Origin: Eledone cirrhosa
Taxonomy: Eukaryota
Reading direction: 5' to 3'
DNA length: 64,000 nucleotides
Assembly: GCA_964016885.1 (NCBI GenBank)
Contig: OZ024744.1
Coordinates: 112,902,001 to 112,966,000, forward strand
A program made the translations under genes and the position numbers. This document shows positions 51,231 to 64,000 of the stretch, one piece after another. The notes beneath the pieces were generated by a model, which was not told the origin of the DNA, ran no database searches, and saw only the letters and a list, made by a program, of their open reading frames with translations. Numbering within the stretch: position 1 is the stretch's first letter; the number at the start of each line of letters is the position of its first letter.

Positions 51231-54200
51231 AGTTATAAAGTAACTGTAATGACAGTAGCTATAGAGTAACTGTAATGACAGTAGCTATAAAGTAACTGTA
51301 ATGACAGTAGCTATAAAGTAACTGTAATGACAGTAGCTATAAAGTAACTGTAATGACAGTAGCTATAGAGTAACTGTAATGACAGTAGATATAAAGTAAC
51401 TGTAATGACAGTAGCTATAAAGTAACTGTAATGACAGTACCTATAAAGTAACTGTAATGACAGTAGCTATAAAGTAACTGTAATGACAGTAGCTATAAAG
51501 TAACTGTAATGACAGTAGCTATAAAGTAACTGTAATGACAGTAGATATAAAGTAACTGTAATGACAGTAGCTATAAAGTAACTGTAATGACAGTAACTAT
51601 AAAGTAACTGTAATGACAGTAGCTATAAAGTAACTGTAATGACAGTAGCTATAAAGTAACTGTAATGACAGTAGCTATAGAGTAACTGTAATGACAGTAG
51701 CGATAAAGTAACTGTAATGACAGTAGCTATAGAGTAACTGTAGTGACAGTAGCTATAAAGTAACTGTAATGACAGTAGCTATAAAGTAACTGTAATGACA
51801 GTAGCTATAAAGTAACTGTAATGACAGTAGCTATAAAGCAACTGTAATGACAGTAGCTATAAAGTAACTGTAATGACAGTAGCTATAAAGTAACTGTAAT
51901 GACAGTAGATATAAAGTAACTGTAATGACAGTAACTATAAAGTAACTGTAATGACAGTAGATATAAAGTAACTGTAATGACAGTAACTATAGAGTAACTG
52001 TAATGACAGTAGATATAAAGTAACTGTAATGACTAACTATAAAGTAACTGTAATGACAGTAGCTATAGAGTAACTGTAATGACAGTAGATATAAAGTAAC
52101 TGTAATGACAGTAACTATAAAGTAACTGTAATGACAGTAGCTATAAAGTAACTGTAATGACAGTAGCTATAGAGTAACTGTAATGACAGTAGCTATAAAG
52201 TAACTGTAATGACAGTAGCTATAAAGTAACTGTAATGACAGTAACTATAAAGTAACTGTAATGACAGTAGCTATAGAGTAACTGTAATGACAGTAGATAT
52301 AAAGTAACTGTAATGACAGTAACTATAGAGTAACTGTAATGACAGTAGCTATAAAATAACTGTAATGACAGTAGCTATAAAGTAACTGTAATGACAGTAG
52401 CTATAAAGTAACTGTAATGACAGTAGCTATAAAGTAACTGTAATGACAGTAGCTATAAAGTAACTGTAATGACAGTAACTATAGAGTAACTGTAATGACA
52501 GTAGCTATAAAGTAACTGTAATGACAGTAGCTATAAAGTAACTGTAATGACAGTAGCTATAAAGTAACTGTAATGACAGTAGCTATAGAGTAACTGTAAT
52601 GACAGTAGCTATAAAGTAACTGTAATGACAGTAGCTATAGAGTAACTGTAATGACAGTAGCTATAAATTAACTGTAATGACAGTAGCTATAAAGTAACTG
52701 TAATGACAGTAGCTATAAAGTAACTGTAATGACAGTAGCTATAAAGTAACTGTAATGACAGTAGCTATAAAGTAACTGTAATGACAGTAGCTATAAAGTA
52801 ACTGTAATGACAGTAACTATAGAGTAACTGTAATGACAGTAGCTATAAAGTAACTATAATGACAGTAGCTATAAAGTAACTGTAATGACAGTAGCTATAA
52901 AGTAACTGTAATGACAGTAGCTATAAAGTAACTGTAATGACAGTAGCTATAAAGTAACTGTAATGACAGTAACTATAAAGTAACTGTAATGACAGTAGCT
53001 ATAAAGTAACTGTAATGACAGTAGCTATAAAGTAACTGTAATGACAGTAGCTATAAAGTAACTGTAATGACAGTAGCTATAAAGTAACTGTAATGACAGT
53101 AGATATAAAGTAACTGTAATGACAGTAGCTATAAAGTAACTGTAATGACAGTAGCTATAAAGTAACTGTAAAGACAGTAGATATAAAGTAACTGTAATGA
53201 CAGTAGCTATAAAGTAACTGTAATGACAGTAGCTATAGAGTAACTGTAATGACAGTAGCTATAAAGTAACTGTAATGACAATAGCTATAAAGTAACTGTA
53301 ATGACAGTAGCTATAAAGTAACTGTAATGACAGTAGCTATAAAGTAACTGTAATGACAGTAGCTATAAAGTAACTGTAATGACAGTAGCTATAAAGTAAC
53401 TGTAATGACAGTAGCTATAAAGTAACTGTAATGACAGTAGTTATAAAGTAACTGTAATGACAGTACCTATAAAGTAACTGTAATGACAGTAGCTATAAAG
53501 TAACTGTAATGACAGTAGCTATAAAGTAACTGTAATGACAGTAGATATAAAGTAACTGTAATGACAGTAACTATAAAGTAACTGTAATGACAGTAGCTAT
53601 AAAGTAACTGTAATGACAGTAGCTATAGAGTAACTGTAATGACAGTAGCTATAGAGTAACTGTAATGACAGTAGCTATAAAGTAACTGTAATGACAGTAG
53701 CTATAAAGTATCTGTAATGACAGTAGCTATAAAGTAACTCTAATGACAGTAGTTATAAAGTAACTGTAATGACAGTAGCTATAAAGTAACTGTAATGACA
53801 GTAGCTATAAAGTAACTGTAATGACAGTAGATATAAAGTAACTGTAATGACAGTAGCTATAAAGTAACTGTAGTGACAGTAGCTATAAAGTAACTGTAAT
53901 GACAGTAGCTATAGAGTAACTGTAATGACAGTAGCTATAAAGTAACTGTAATGACAGTAGCTATAAAGTAACTGTAATGACAGTAGCTATAAAGTAACTG
54001 TAAAGACAGTAGATATAAAGTAACTGTAATGACAGTAGCTATAAAGTAACTGTAATGACAGTAGATATAAAGTAACTGTAATGACAGTAGCTATAAAGTA
54101 ACTGTAATGACAGTAGATATAAAGTAACTGTAATGACAGTAACTATAGAGTAACTGTAATGACAGTAGCTATAAAGTAACTATAATGACAGTAGCTATAA

Positions 54201-57200
54201 AGTAACTGTAATGACAGTAGCTATAAAGTAAGTGTAATGACAGTAGCTATAAAGTAACTCTAATGACAGTAGCTATAAAGTAACTGTAATGACAGTAGCT
54301 ATAAAGTAACTGTAATGACAGTAGCTATAAAGTAACTGTAATGACAGTAACTATAAAGTAACTGTAATGACAGTAGCTATAAAGTAACTGTAATGACAGT
54401 AGCTATAAAGTAACTGTAATGACAGTAGCTATAAAGTAACTGTAATGACAGTAGATATAAAGTAACTGTAATGACAGTAGATATAAAGTAACTGTAATGA
54501 CAGTAGCTATAAAGTAACTGTAATGACAGTAGCTATAAAGTAACTGTAAAGACAGTAGATATAAAGTAACTGTAATGACAGTAGCTATAAAGTAACTGTA
54601 ATGACAGTAGCTATAAAGTAACTGTAATGACAGTAGCTATAAAGTAACTGTAATGACAGTAGCTATAAAGTAACTGTAATGACAGTAGCTATAAAGTAAC
54701 TGTAATGACAGTAGCTATAGAGTAACTGTAATGACAGTAGCTATAAAGTAACTGTAATGACAGTAGCTATAAAGTAACTGTAATGACAGTAGTTATAAAG
54801 TAACTGTAATGACAGTAGCTATAAAGTAACTGTAATGACAGTAGCTATAAAGTAACTGTAATGACAGTAGCTATAAAGTAACTGTAATGACAGTAGCTAT
54901 AGAATAACTGTAATGACAGTAGCTATAAAGTAACTGTAATGACAGTAGCTATAAAGTAACTGTAATGACAGTAGCTATAAAGTAACTGTAATGACAGTAG
55001 CTATAAAGTAACTGTAATGACAGTAGATATAAAGTAACTGTAATGACAGTAGCTATAAAGTAACTGTAATGACAGTAGCTATAAAGTAACTGTAATGACA
55101 GTAGCTATAGAGTAACTGTAATGACAGTAGCTATAAAGTAACTGTAATGACAGTAGCTATAGAGTAACTGTAATGACAGTAGCTATAAAGTAACTGTAAT
55201 GACAGTAGCTATAGTGTAACTGTAATGACAGTAGTTATAAAGTATCTGTAATGACTGTAACTATAAAGTAACTGTAATGACAGTAGCTATAGTGTAACTG
55301 TAATGACAGTAGTTATAAAGTAACTGTAATGACAGTAGCTATAAAGTAACTGTAATGACAGTAGCTATAAAGTAACTGTAATGACAGTAGCTATAGTGTA
55401 ACTGTAATGACAGTAGTTATAAAGTATCTGTAATGACTGTAACTATAAAGTAACTGTAATGACAGTAGCTATAGAGTAACTGTAATTACAATAGCTATAG
55501 AGTAACTGTAATGACAGTAGCTATAAAGTAACTGTAATGACAGTAGCTATAGAGTAACTGTAATGACAGTAGCTATAAAGTAACTGTAATGACAGTAGCT
55601 ATAAAGTAACTGTAATGACAGTAACTATAAAGTAACTGTAATGACAGTAGCTATAAAGTAACTGTAATGACAATAGCTATAGAGTAACTGTAATGACAGT
55701 AGCTATAAAGTAACTGTAATGACAGTAGCTATAGTGTAACTGTAATGACAGTAGTTATAAAGTAACTGTAATGACAGTAGCTATAAAGTAACTGTAATGA
55801 CAGTAGCTATAGTGTAACTGTAATGACAGTAGTTATAAAGTAACTGTAATGACAGTAGATATAAAGTAACTGTAATGACAGTAGCTATAAAGTAACTGTA
55901 ATGACAATAGCTATAAAGTAACTGTAATAACAGTAGCTATAAAGTAACTGTAATGACAGTAGCTATAAAGTAACTGTAATGACAGTAGCTATAGAGTAAC
56001 TGTAATGACAGTAGCTATAAAGTAACTGTAATGACAGTAGCTATAAAGTAACTGTAATGACAGTAGCTATAATGTAACTGTAATGACAGTAGCTATAAAG
56101 TAACTGTAATGACAGTAGATATAAAGTAACTGTAATGACAGTAACTATAGAGTAACTGTAATGACAGTAGCTATAAAGTAACTATAATGACAGTAGCTAT
56201 AAAGTAACTGTAATGACAGTAGCTATAAAGTAAGTGTAATGACAGTAGCTATAAAGTAACTCTAATGACAGTAGCTATAAAGTAACTGTAATGACAGTAG
56301 CTATAAAGTAACTGTAATGACAGTAGCTATAAAGTAACTGTAATGACAGTAACTATAAAGTAACTGTAATGACAGTAGCTATAAAGTAACTGTAATGACA
56401 GTAGCTATAAAGTAACTGTAATGACAGTAGCTATAAAGTAACTGTAATGACAGTAGATATAAAGTAACTGTAATGACAGTAGATATAAAGTAACTGTAAT
56501 GACAGTAGCTATAAAGTAACTGTAATGACAGTAGCTATAAAGTAACTGTAAAGACAGTAGATATAAAGTAACTGTAATGACAGTAGATATAAAGTAACTG
56601 TAATGACAGTAGCTATAAAGTAACTGTAATGACAGTAGCTATAAAGTAACTGTAATGACAGTAGCTATAAAGTAACTGTAATGACAGTAGCTATAAAGTA
56701 ACTGTAATGACAGTAGCTATAAAGTAACTGTAATGACAGTAGCTATAGAGTAACTGTAATGACAGTAGCTATAAAGTAACTGTAATGACAGTAGCTATAA
56801 AGTAACTGTAATGACAGTAGTTATAAAGTAACTGTAATGACAGTAGCTATAAAGTAACTGTAATGACAGTAGCTATAAAGTAACTGTAATGACAGTAGCT
56901 ATAAAGTAACTGTAATGACAGTAGCTATAGAATAACTGTAATGACAGTAGCTATAAAGTAACTGTAATGACAGTAGCTATAAAGTAACTGTAATGACAGT
57001 AGCTATAAAGTAACTGTAATGACAGTAGCTATAAAGTAACTGTAATGACAGTAGATATAAAGTAACTGTAATGACAGTAGCTATAAAGTAACTGTAATGA
57101 CAGTAGCTATAAAGTAACTGTAATGACAGTAGCTATAGAGTAACTGTAATGACAGTAGCTATAAAGTAACTGTAATGACAGTAGCTATAGAGTAACTGTA

Positions 57201-60200
57201 ATGACAGTAGCTATAAAGTAACTGTAATGACAGTAGCTATAGTGTAACTGTAATGACAGTAGTTATAAAGTATCTGTAATGACTGTAACTATAAAGTAAC
57301 TGTAATGACAGTAGCTATAGAGTAACTGTAATTACAATAGCTATAGAGTAACTGTAATGACAGTAGCTATAAAGTAACTGTAATGACAGTAGCTATAGAG
57401 TAACTGTAATGACAGTAGCTATAAAGTAACTGTAATGACAGTAGCTATAAAGTAACTGTAATGACAGTAACTATAAAGTAACTGTAATGACAGTAGCTAT
57501 AAAGTAACTGTAATGACAATAGCTATAGAGTAACTGTAATGACAGTAGCTATAAAGTAACTGTAATGACAGTAGCTATAGTGTAACTGTAATGACAGTAG
57601 TTATAAAGTAACTGTAATGACAGTAGCTATAAAGTAACTGTAATGACAGTAGCTATAGTGTAACTGTAATGACAGTAGTTATAAAGTAACTGTAATGACA
57701 GTAGATATAAAGTAACTGTAATGACAGTAGCTATAAAGTAACTGTAATGACAATAGCTATAAAGTAACTGTAATAACAGTAGCTATAAAGTAACTGTAAT
57801 GACAGTAGCTATAAAGTAACTGTAATGACAGTAGCTATAGAGTAACTGTAATGACAGTAGCTATAAAGTAACTGTAATGACAGTAGCTATAAAGTAACTG
57901 TAATGACAGTAGCTATAAAGTAACTGTAATGACAGTAGCTATAAAGTAACTGTAATGACAGTAACTATAGAGTAACTGTAATGACAGTAGCTATAAAGTA
58001 ACTGTAATGACAGTAGCTATAAAGTAACTGTAATGACAGTAGCTATAAAGTAACTGTAATGACAGTAGCTATAGAGTAACTGTAATGACAGTAGCTATAA
58101 AGTAACTGTAATGACAGTAGCTATAGAGTAACTGTAATGACAGTAGCTATAAATTAACTGTAATGACAGTAGCTATAAAGTAACTGTAATGACAGTAGCT
58201 ATAAAGTAACTGTAATGACAGTAGCTATAAAGTAACTGTAATGACAGTAGCTATAAAGTAACTGTAATGACAGTAGCTATAAAGTAACTGTAATGACAGT
58301 AACTATAGAGTAACTGTAATGACAGTAGCTATAAAGTAACTATAATGACAGTAGCTATAAAGTAACTGTAATGACAGTAGCTATAAAGTAACTGTAATGA
58401 CAGTAGCTATAAAGTAACTGTAATGACAGTAGCTATAAAGTAACTGTAATGACAGTAACTGTAATGACAGTAGCTATAAAGTAACTGTAATGACAGTAGC
58501 TATAAAGTAACTGTAATGACAGTAGCTATAAAGTAACTGTAATGACAGTAGCTATAAAGTAACTGTAATGACAGTAGATATAAAGTAACTGTAATGACAG
58601 TAGCTATAAAGTAACTGTAATGACAGTAGCTATAAAGTAACTGTAAAGACAGTAGATATAAAGTAACTGTAATGACAGTAGCTATAAAGTAACTGTAATG
58701 ACAGTAGCTATAGAGTAACTGTAATGACAGTAGCTATAAAGTAACTGTAATGACAATAGCTATAAAGTAACTGTAATGACAGTAGCTATAAAGTAACTGT
58801 AATGACAGTAGCTATAAAGTAACTGTAATGACAGTAGCTATAAAGTAACTGTAATGACAGTAGCTATAAAGTAACTGTAATGACAGTAGCTATAAAGTAA
58901 CTGTAATGACAGTAGTTATAAAGTAACTGTAATGACAGTACCTATAAAGTAACTGTAATGACAGTAGCTATAAAGTAACTGTAATGACAGTAGCTATAAA
59001 GTAACTGTAATGACAGTAGATATAAAGTAACTGTAATGACAGTAACTATAAAGTAACTGTAATGACAGTAGCTATAAAGTAACTGTAATGACAGTAGCTA
59101 TAGAGTAACTGTAATGACAGTAGCTATAGAGTAACTGTAATGACAGTAGCTATAAAGTAACTGTAATGACAGTAGCTATAAAGTATCTGTAATGACAGTA
59201 GCTATAAAGTAACTCTAATGACAGTAGTTATAAAGTAACTGTAATGACAGTAGCTATAAAGTAACTGTAATGACAGTAGCTATAAAGTAACTGTAATGAC
59301 AGTAGATATAAAGTAACTGTAATGACAGTAGCTATAAAGTAACTGTAGTGACAGTAGCTATAAAGTAACTGTAATGACAGTAGCTATAGAGTAACTGTAA
59401 TGACAGTAGCTATAAAGTAACTGTAATGACAGTAGCTATAAAGTAACTGTAATGACAGTAGCTATAAAGTAACTGTAAAGACAGTAGATATAAAGTAACT
59501 GTAATGACAGTAGCTATAAAGTAACTGTAATGACAGTAGATATAAAGTAACTGTAATGACAGTAGCTATAAAGTAACTGTAATGACAGTAGATATAAAGT
59601 AACTGTAATGACAGTAACTATAGAGTAACTGTAATGACAGTAGCTATAAAGTAACTATAATGACAGTAGCTATAAAGTAACTGTAATGACAGTAGCTATA
59701 AAGTAAGTGTAATGACAGTAGCTATAAAGTAACTCTAATGACAGTAGCTATAAAGTAACTGTAATGACAGTAGCTATAAAGTAACTGTAATGACAGTAGC
59801 TATAAAGTAACTGTAATGACAGTAACTATAAAGTAACTGTAATGACAGTAGCTATAAAGTAACTGTAATGACAGTAGCTATAAAGTAACTGTAATGACAG
59901 TAGCTATAAAGTAACTGTAATGACAGTAGATATAAAGTAACTGTAATGACAGTAGATATAAAGTAACTGTAATGACAGTAGCTATAAAGTAACTGTAATG
60001 ACAGTAGCTATAAAGTAACTGTAAAGACAGTAGATATAAAGTAACTGTAATGACAGTAGCTATAAAGTAACTGTAATGACAGTAGCTATAAAGTAACTGT
60101 AATGACAGTAGCTATAAAGTAACTGTAATGACAGTAGCTATAAAGTAACTGTAATGACAGTAGCTATAAAGTAACTGTAATGACAGTAGCTATAGAGTAA

Positions 60201-63200
60201 CTGTAATGACAGTAGCTATAAAGTAACTGTAATGACAGTAGCTATAAAGTAACTGTAATGACAGTAGTTATAAAGTAACTGTAATGACAGTAGCTATAAA
60301 GTAACTGTAATGACAGTAGCTATAAAGTAACTGTAATGACAGTAGCTATAAAGTAACTGTAATGACAGTAGCTATAGAATAACTGTAATGACAGTAGCTA
60401 TAAAGTAACTGTAATGACAGTAGCTATAAAGTAACTGTAATGACAGTAGCTATAAAGTAACTGTAATGACAGTAGCTATAAAGTAACTGTAATGACAGTA
60501 GATATAAAGTAACTGTAATGACAGTAGCTATAAAGTAACTGTAATGACAGTAGCTATAAAGTAACTGTAATGACAGTAGCTATAGAGTAACTGTAATGAC
60601 AGTAGCTATAAAGTAACTGTAATGACAGTAGCTATAGAGTAACTGTAATGACAGTAGCTATAAAGTAACTGTAATGACAGTAGCTATAGTGTAACTGTAA
60701 TGACAGTAGTTATAAAGTATCTGTAATGACTGTAACTATAAAGTAACTGTAATGACAGTAGCTATAGTGTAACTGTAATGACAGTAGTTATAAAGTAACT
60801 GTAATGACAGTAGCTATAAAGTAACTGTAATGACAGTAGCTATAAAGTAACTGTAATGACAGTAGCTATAGTGTAACTGTAATGACAGTAGTTATAAAGT
60901 ATCTGTAATGACTGTAACTATAAAGTAACTGTAATGACAGTAGCTATAGAGTAACTGTAATGACAATAGCTATAGAGTAACTGTAATGACAGTAGCTATA
61001 AAGTAACTGTAATGACAGTAGCTATAAAGTAACTGTAATGACAGTAACTATAAAGTAACTGTAATGACAGTAGCTATAAAGTAACTGTAATGACAGTAGC
61101 TATAAAGTAACTGTAATGACAGTAGCTATAAAGTAACTGTAATGACAGTAGATATAAAGTAACTGTAATGACAGTAGATATAAAGTAACTGTAATGACAG
61201 TAGCTATAAAGTAACTGTAATGACAGTAGCTATAAAGTAACTGTAAAGACAGTAGATATAAAGTAACTGTAATGACAGTAGCTATAAAGTAACTGTAATG
61301 ACAGTAGCTATAAAGTAACTGTAATGACAGTAGCTATAAAGTAACTGTAATGACAGTAGCTATAAAGTAACTGTAATGACAGTAGCTATAAAGTAACTGT
61401 AATGACAGTAGCTATAGAGTAACTGTAATGACAGTAGCTATAAAGTAACTGTAATGACAGTAGCTATAAAGTAACTGTAATGACAGTAGTTATAAAGTAA
61501 CTGTAATGACAGTAGCTATAAAGTAACTGTAATGACAGTAGCTATAAAGTAACTGTAATGACAGTAGCTATAAAGTAACTGTAATGACAGTAGCTATAGA
61601 ATAACTGTAATGACAGTAGCTATAAAGTAACTGTAATGACAGTAGCTATAAAGTAACTGTAATGACAGTAGCTATAAAGTAACTGTAATGACAGTAGCTA
61701 TAAAGTAACTGTAATGACAGTAGATATAAAGTAACTGTAATGACAGTAGCTATAAAGTAACTGTAATGACAGTAGCTATAAAGTAACTGTAATGACAGTA
61801 GCTATAGAGTAACTGTAATGACAGTAGCTATAAAGTAACTGTAATGACAGTAGCTATAGAGTAACTGTAATGACAGTAGCTATAAAGTAACTGTAATGAC
61901 AGTAGCTATAGTGTAACTGTAATGACAGTAGTTATAAAGTATCTGTAATGACTGTAACTATAAAGTAACTGTAATGACAGTAGCTATAGTGTAACTGTAA
62001 TGACAGTAGTTATAAAGTAACTGTAATGACAGTAGCTATAAAGTAACTGTAATGACAGTAGCTATAAAGTAACTGTAATGACAGTAGCTATAGTGTAACT
62101 GTAATGACAGTAGTTATAAAGTATCTGTAATGACTGTAACTATAAAGTAACTGTAATGACAGTAGCTATAGAGTAACTGTAATTACAATAGCTATAGAGT
62201 AACTGTAATGACAGTAGCTATAAAGTAACTGTAATGACAGTAGCTATAGAGTAACTGTAATGACAGTAGCTATAAAGTAACTGTAATGACAGTATCTATA
62301 AAGTAACTGTAATGACAGTAACTATAAAGTAACTGTAATGACAGTAGCTATAAAGTAACTGTAATGACAATAGCTATAGAGTAACTGTAATGACAGTAGC
62401 TATAAAGTAACTGTAATGACAGTAGCTATAGTGTAACTGTAATGACAGTAGTTATAAAGTAACTGTAATGACAGTAGCTATAAAGTAACTGTAATGACAG
62501 TAGCTATAGTGTAACTGTAATGACAGTAGTTATAAAGTAACTGTAATGACAGTAGATATAAAGTAACTGTAATGACAGTAGCTATAAAGTAACTGTAATG
62601 ACAATAGCTATAAAGTAACTGTAATAACAGTAGCTATAAAGTAACTGTAATGACAGTAGCTATAAAGTAACTGTAATGACAGTAGCTATAGAGTAACTGT
62701 AATGACAGTAGCTATAAAGTAACTGTAATGACAGTAGCTATAAAGTAACTGTAATGACAGTAGCTATAAAGTAACTGTAATGACAGTAGCTATAAAGTAA
62801 CTGTAATGACAGTAGATATAAAGTAACTGTAATGACAGTAACTATAGAGTAACTGTAATGACAGTAGCTATAAAGTAACTATAATGACAGTAGCTATAAA
62901 GTAACTGTAATGACAGTAGCTATAAAGTAAGTGTAATGACAGTAGCTATAAAGTAACTCTAATGACAGTAGCTATAAAGTAACTGTAATGACAGTAGCTA
63001 TAAAGTAACTGTAATGACAGTAGCTATAAAGTAACTGTAATGACAGTAACTATAAAGTAACTGTAATGACAGTAGCTATAAAGTAACTGTAATGACAGTA
63101 GCTATAAAGTAACTGTAATGACAGTAGCTATAAAGTAACTGTAATGACAGTAGATATAAAGTAACTGTAATGACAGTAGATATAAAGTAACTGTAATGAC

Positions 63201-64000
63201 AGTAGCTATAAAGTAACTGTAATGACAGTAGCTATAAAGTAACTGTAAAGACAGTAGATATAAAGTAACTGTAATGACAGTAGATATAAAGTAACTGTAA
63301 TGACAGTAGCTATAAAGTAACTGTAATGACAGTAGCTATAAAGTAACTGTAATGACAGTAGCTATAAAGTAACTGTAATGACAGTAGCTATAAAGTAACT
63401 GTAATGACAGTAGCTATAAAGTAACTGTAATGACAGTAGCTATAGAGTAACTGTAATGACAGTAGCTATAAAGTAACTGTAATGACAGTAGCTATAAAGT
63501 AACTGTAATGACAGTAGTTATAAAGTAACTGTAATGACAGTAGCTATAAAGTAACTGTAATGACAGTAGCTATAAAGTAACTGTAATGACAGTAGCTATA
63601 AAGTAACTGTAATGACAGTAGCTATAAAGTAACTGTAATGACAGTAGCTATAAAGTAACTGTAATGACAGTAGCTATAAAGTAACTGTAATGACAGTAGC
63701 TATAAAGTAACTGTAATGACAGTAGATATAAAGTAACTGTAATGACAGTAGCTATAAAGTAACTGTAATGACAGTAGCTATAAAGTAACTGTAATGACAG
63801 TAGCTATAGAGTAACTGTAATGACAGTAGCTATAAAGTAACTGTAATGACAGTAGCTATAGAGTAACTGTAATGACAGTAGCTATAAAGTAACTGTAATG
63901 ACAGTAGCTATAGTGTAACTGTAATGACAGTAGTTATAAAGTATCTGTAATGACTGTAACTATAAAGTAACTGTAATGACAGTAGCTATAGTGTAACTGT
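51231..64000. repeat. 26-bp satellite array, >12.7 kb, ~490 copies (GTAACTGTAATGACAGTAGCTATAAA), running off the window end
   Basis: Period 26 (units at 51241, 51267, ...). Highly homogeneous with recurring variant blocks. Confidence 0.98.

Noticed and set aside
51231-64000. CRISPR or telomeric array
   Set aside because: No spacers, and the unit is not a TTAGGG-type repeat. It is ordinary satellite DNA.

Overview
Eukaryotic, AT-rich, repeat-saturated animal DNA. The SINE and RTE families and the (TA)n/(CA)n density suggest a coleoid cephalopod such as Octopus; this is an inference. The only host-gene sequence I can find is one 131-bp exon (45865-45995, +) encoding the EGF1/EGF2 region of a Serrate/Jagged-type Notch ligand, so the window is probably mostly intron. 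The rest is transposon and satellite DNA: RTE, CR1-like, L1/Tx1 and R4/Dong-like LINE copies, tRNA-derived SINEs, a probable LTR, a non-autonomous Helitron, and four large tandem arrays (32 bp, ACC-derived, 74/77 bp, 26 bp). The most interesting region is 3.9-19.7 kb. It holds one Neptune-type Penelope-like element (RT + GIY-YIG) and many short non-coding Penelope-type 3' ends, all inserted in (TA)n. Together they carry about 11 minimal type I hammerhead ribozyme motifs. Several insertions have fold-back palindromes at the 5' end, and three of these place a hammerhead on both strands. Most also share a second, apparently covarying hairpin (ACTC..GAGT / GCTC..GAGC) downstream of the ribozyme.
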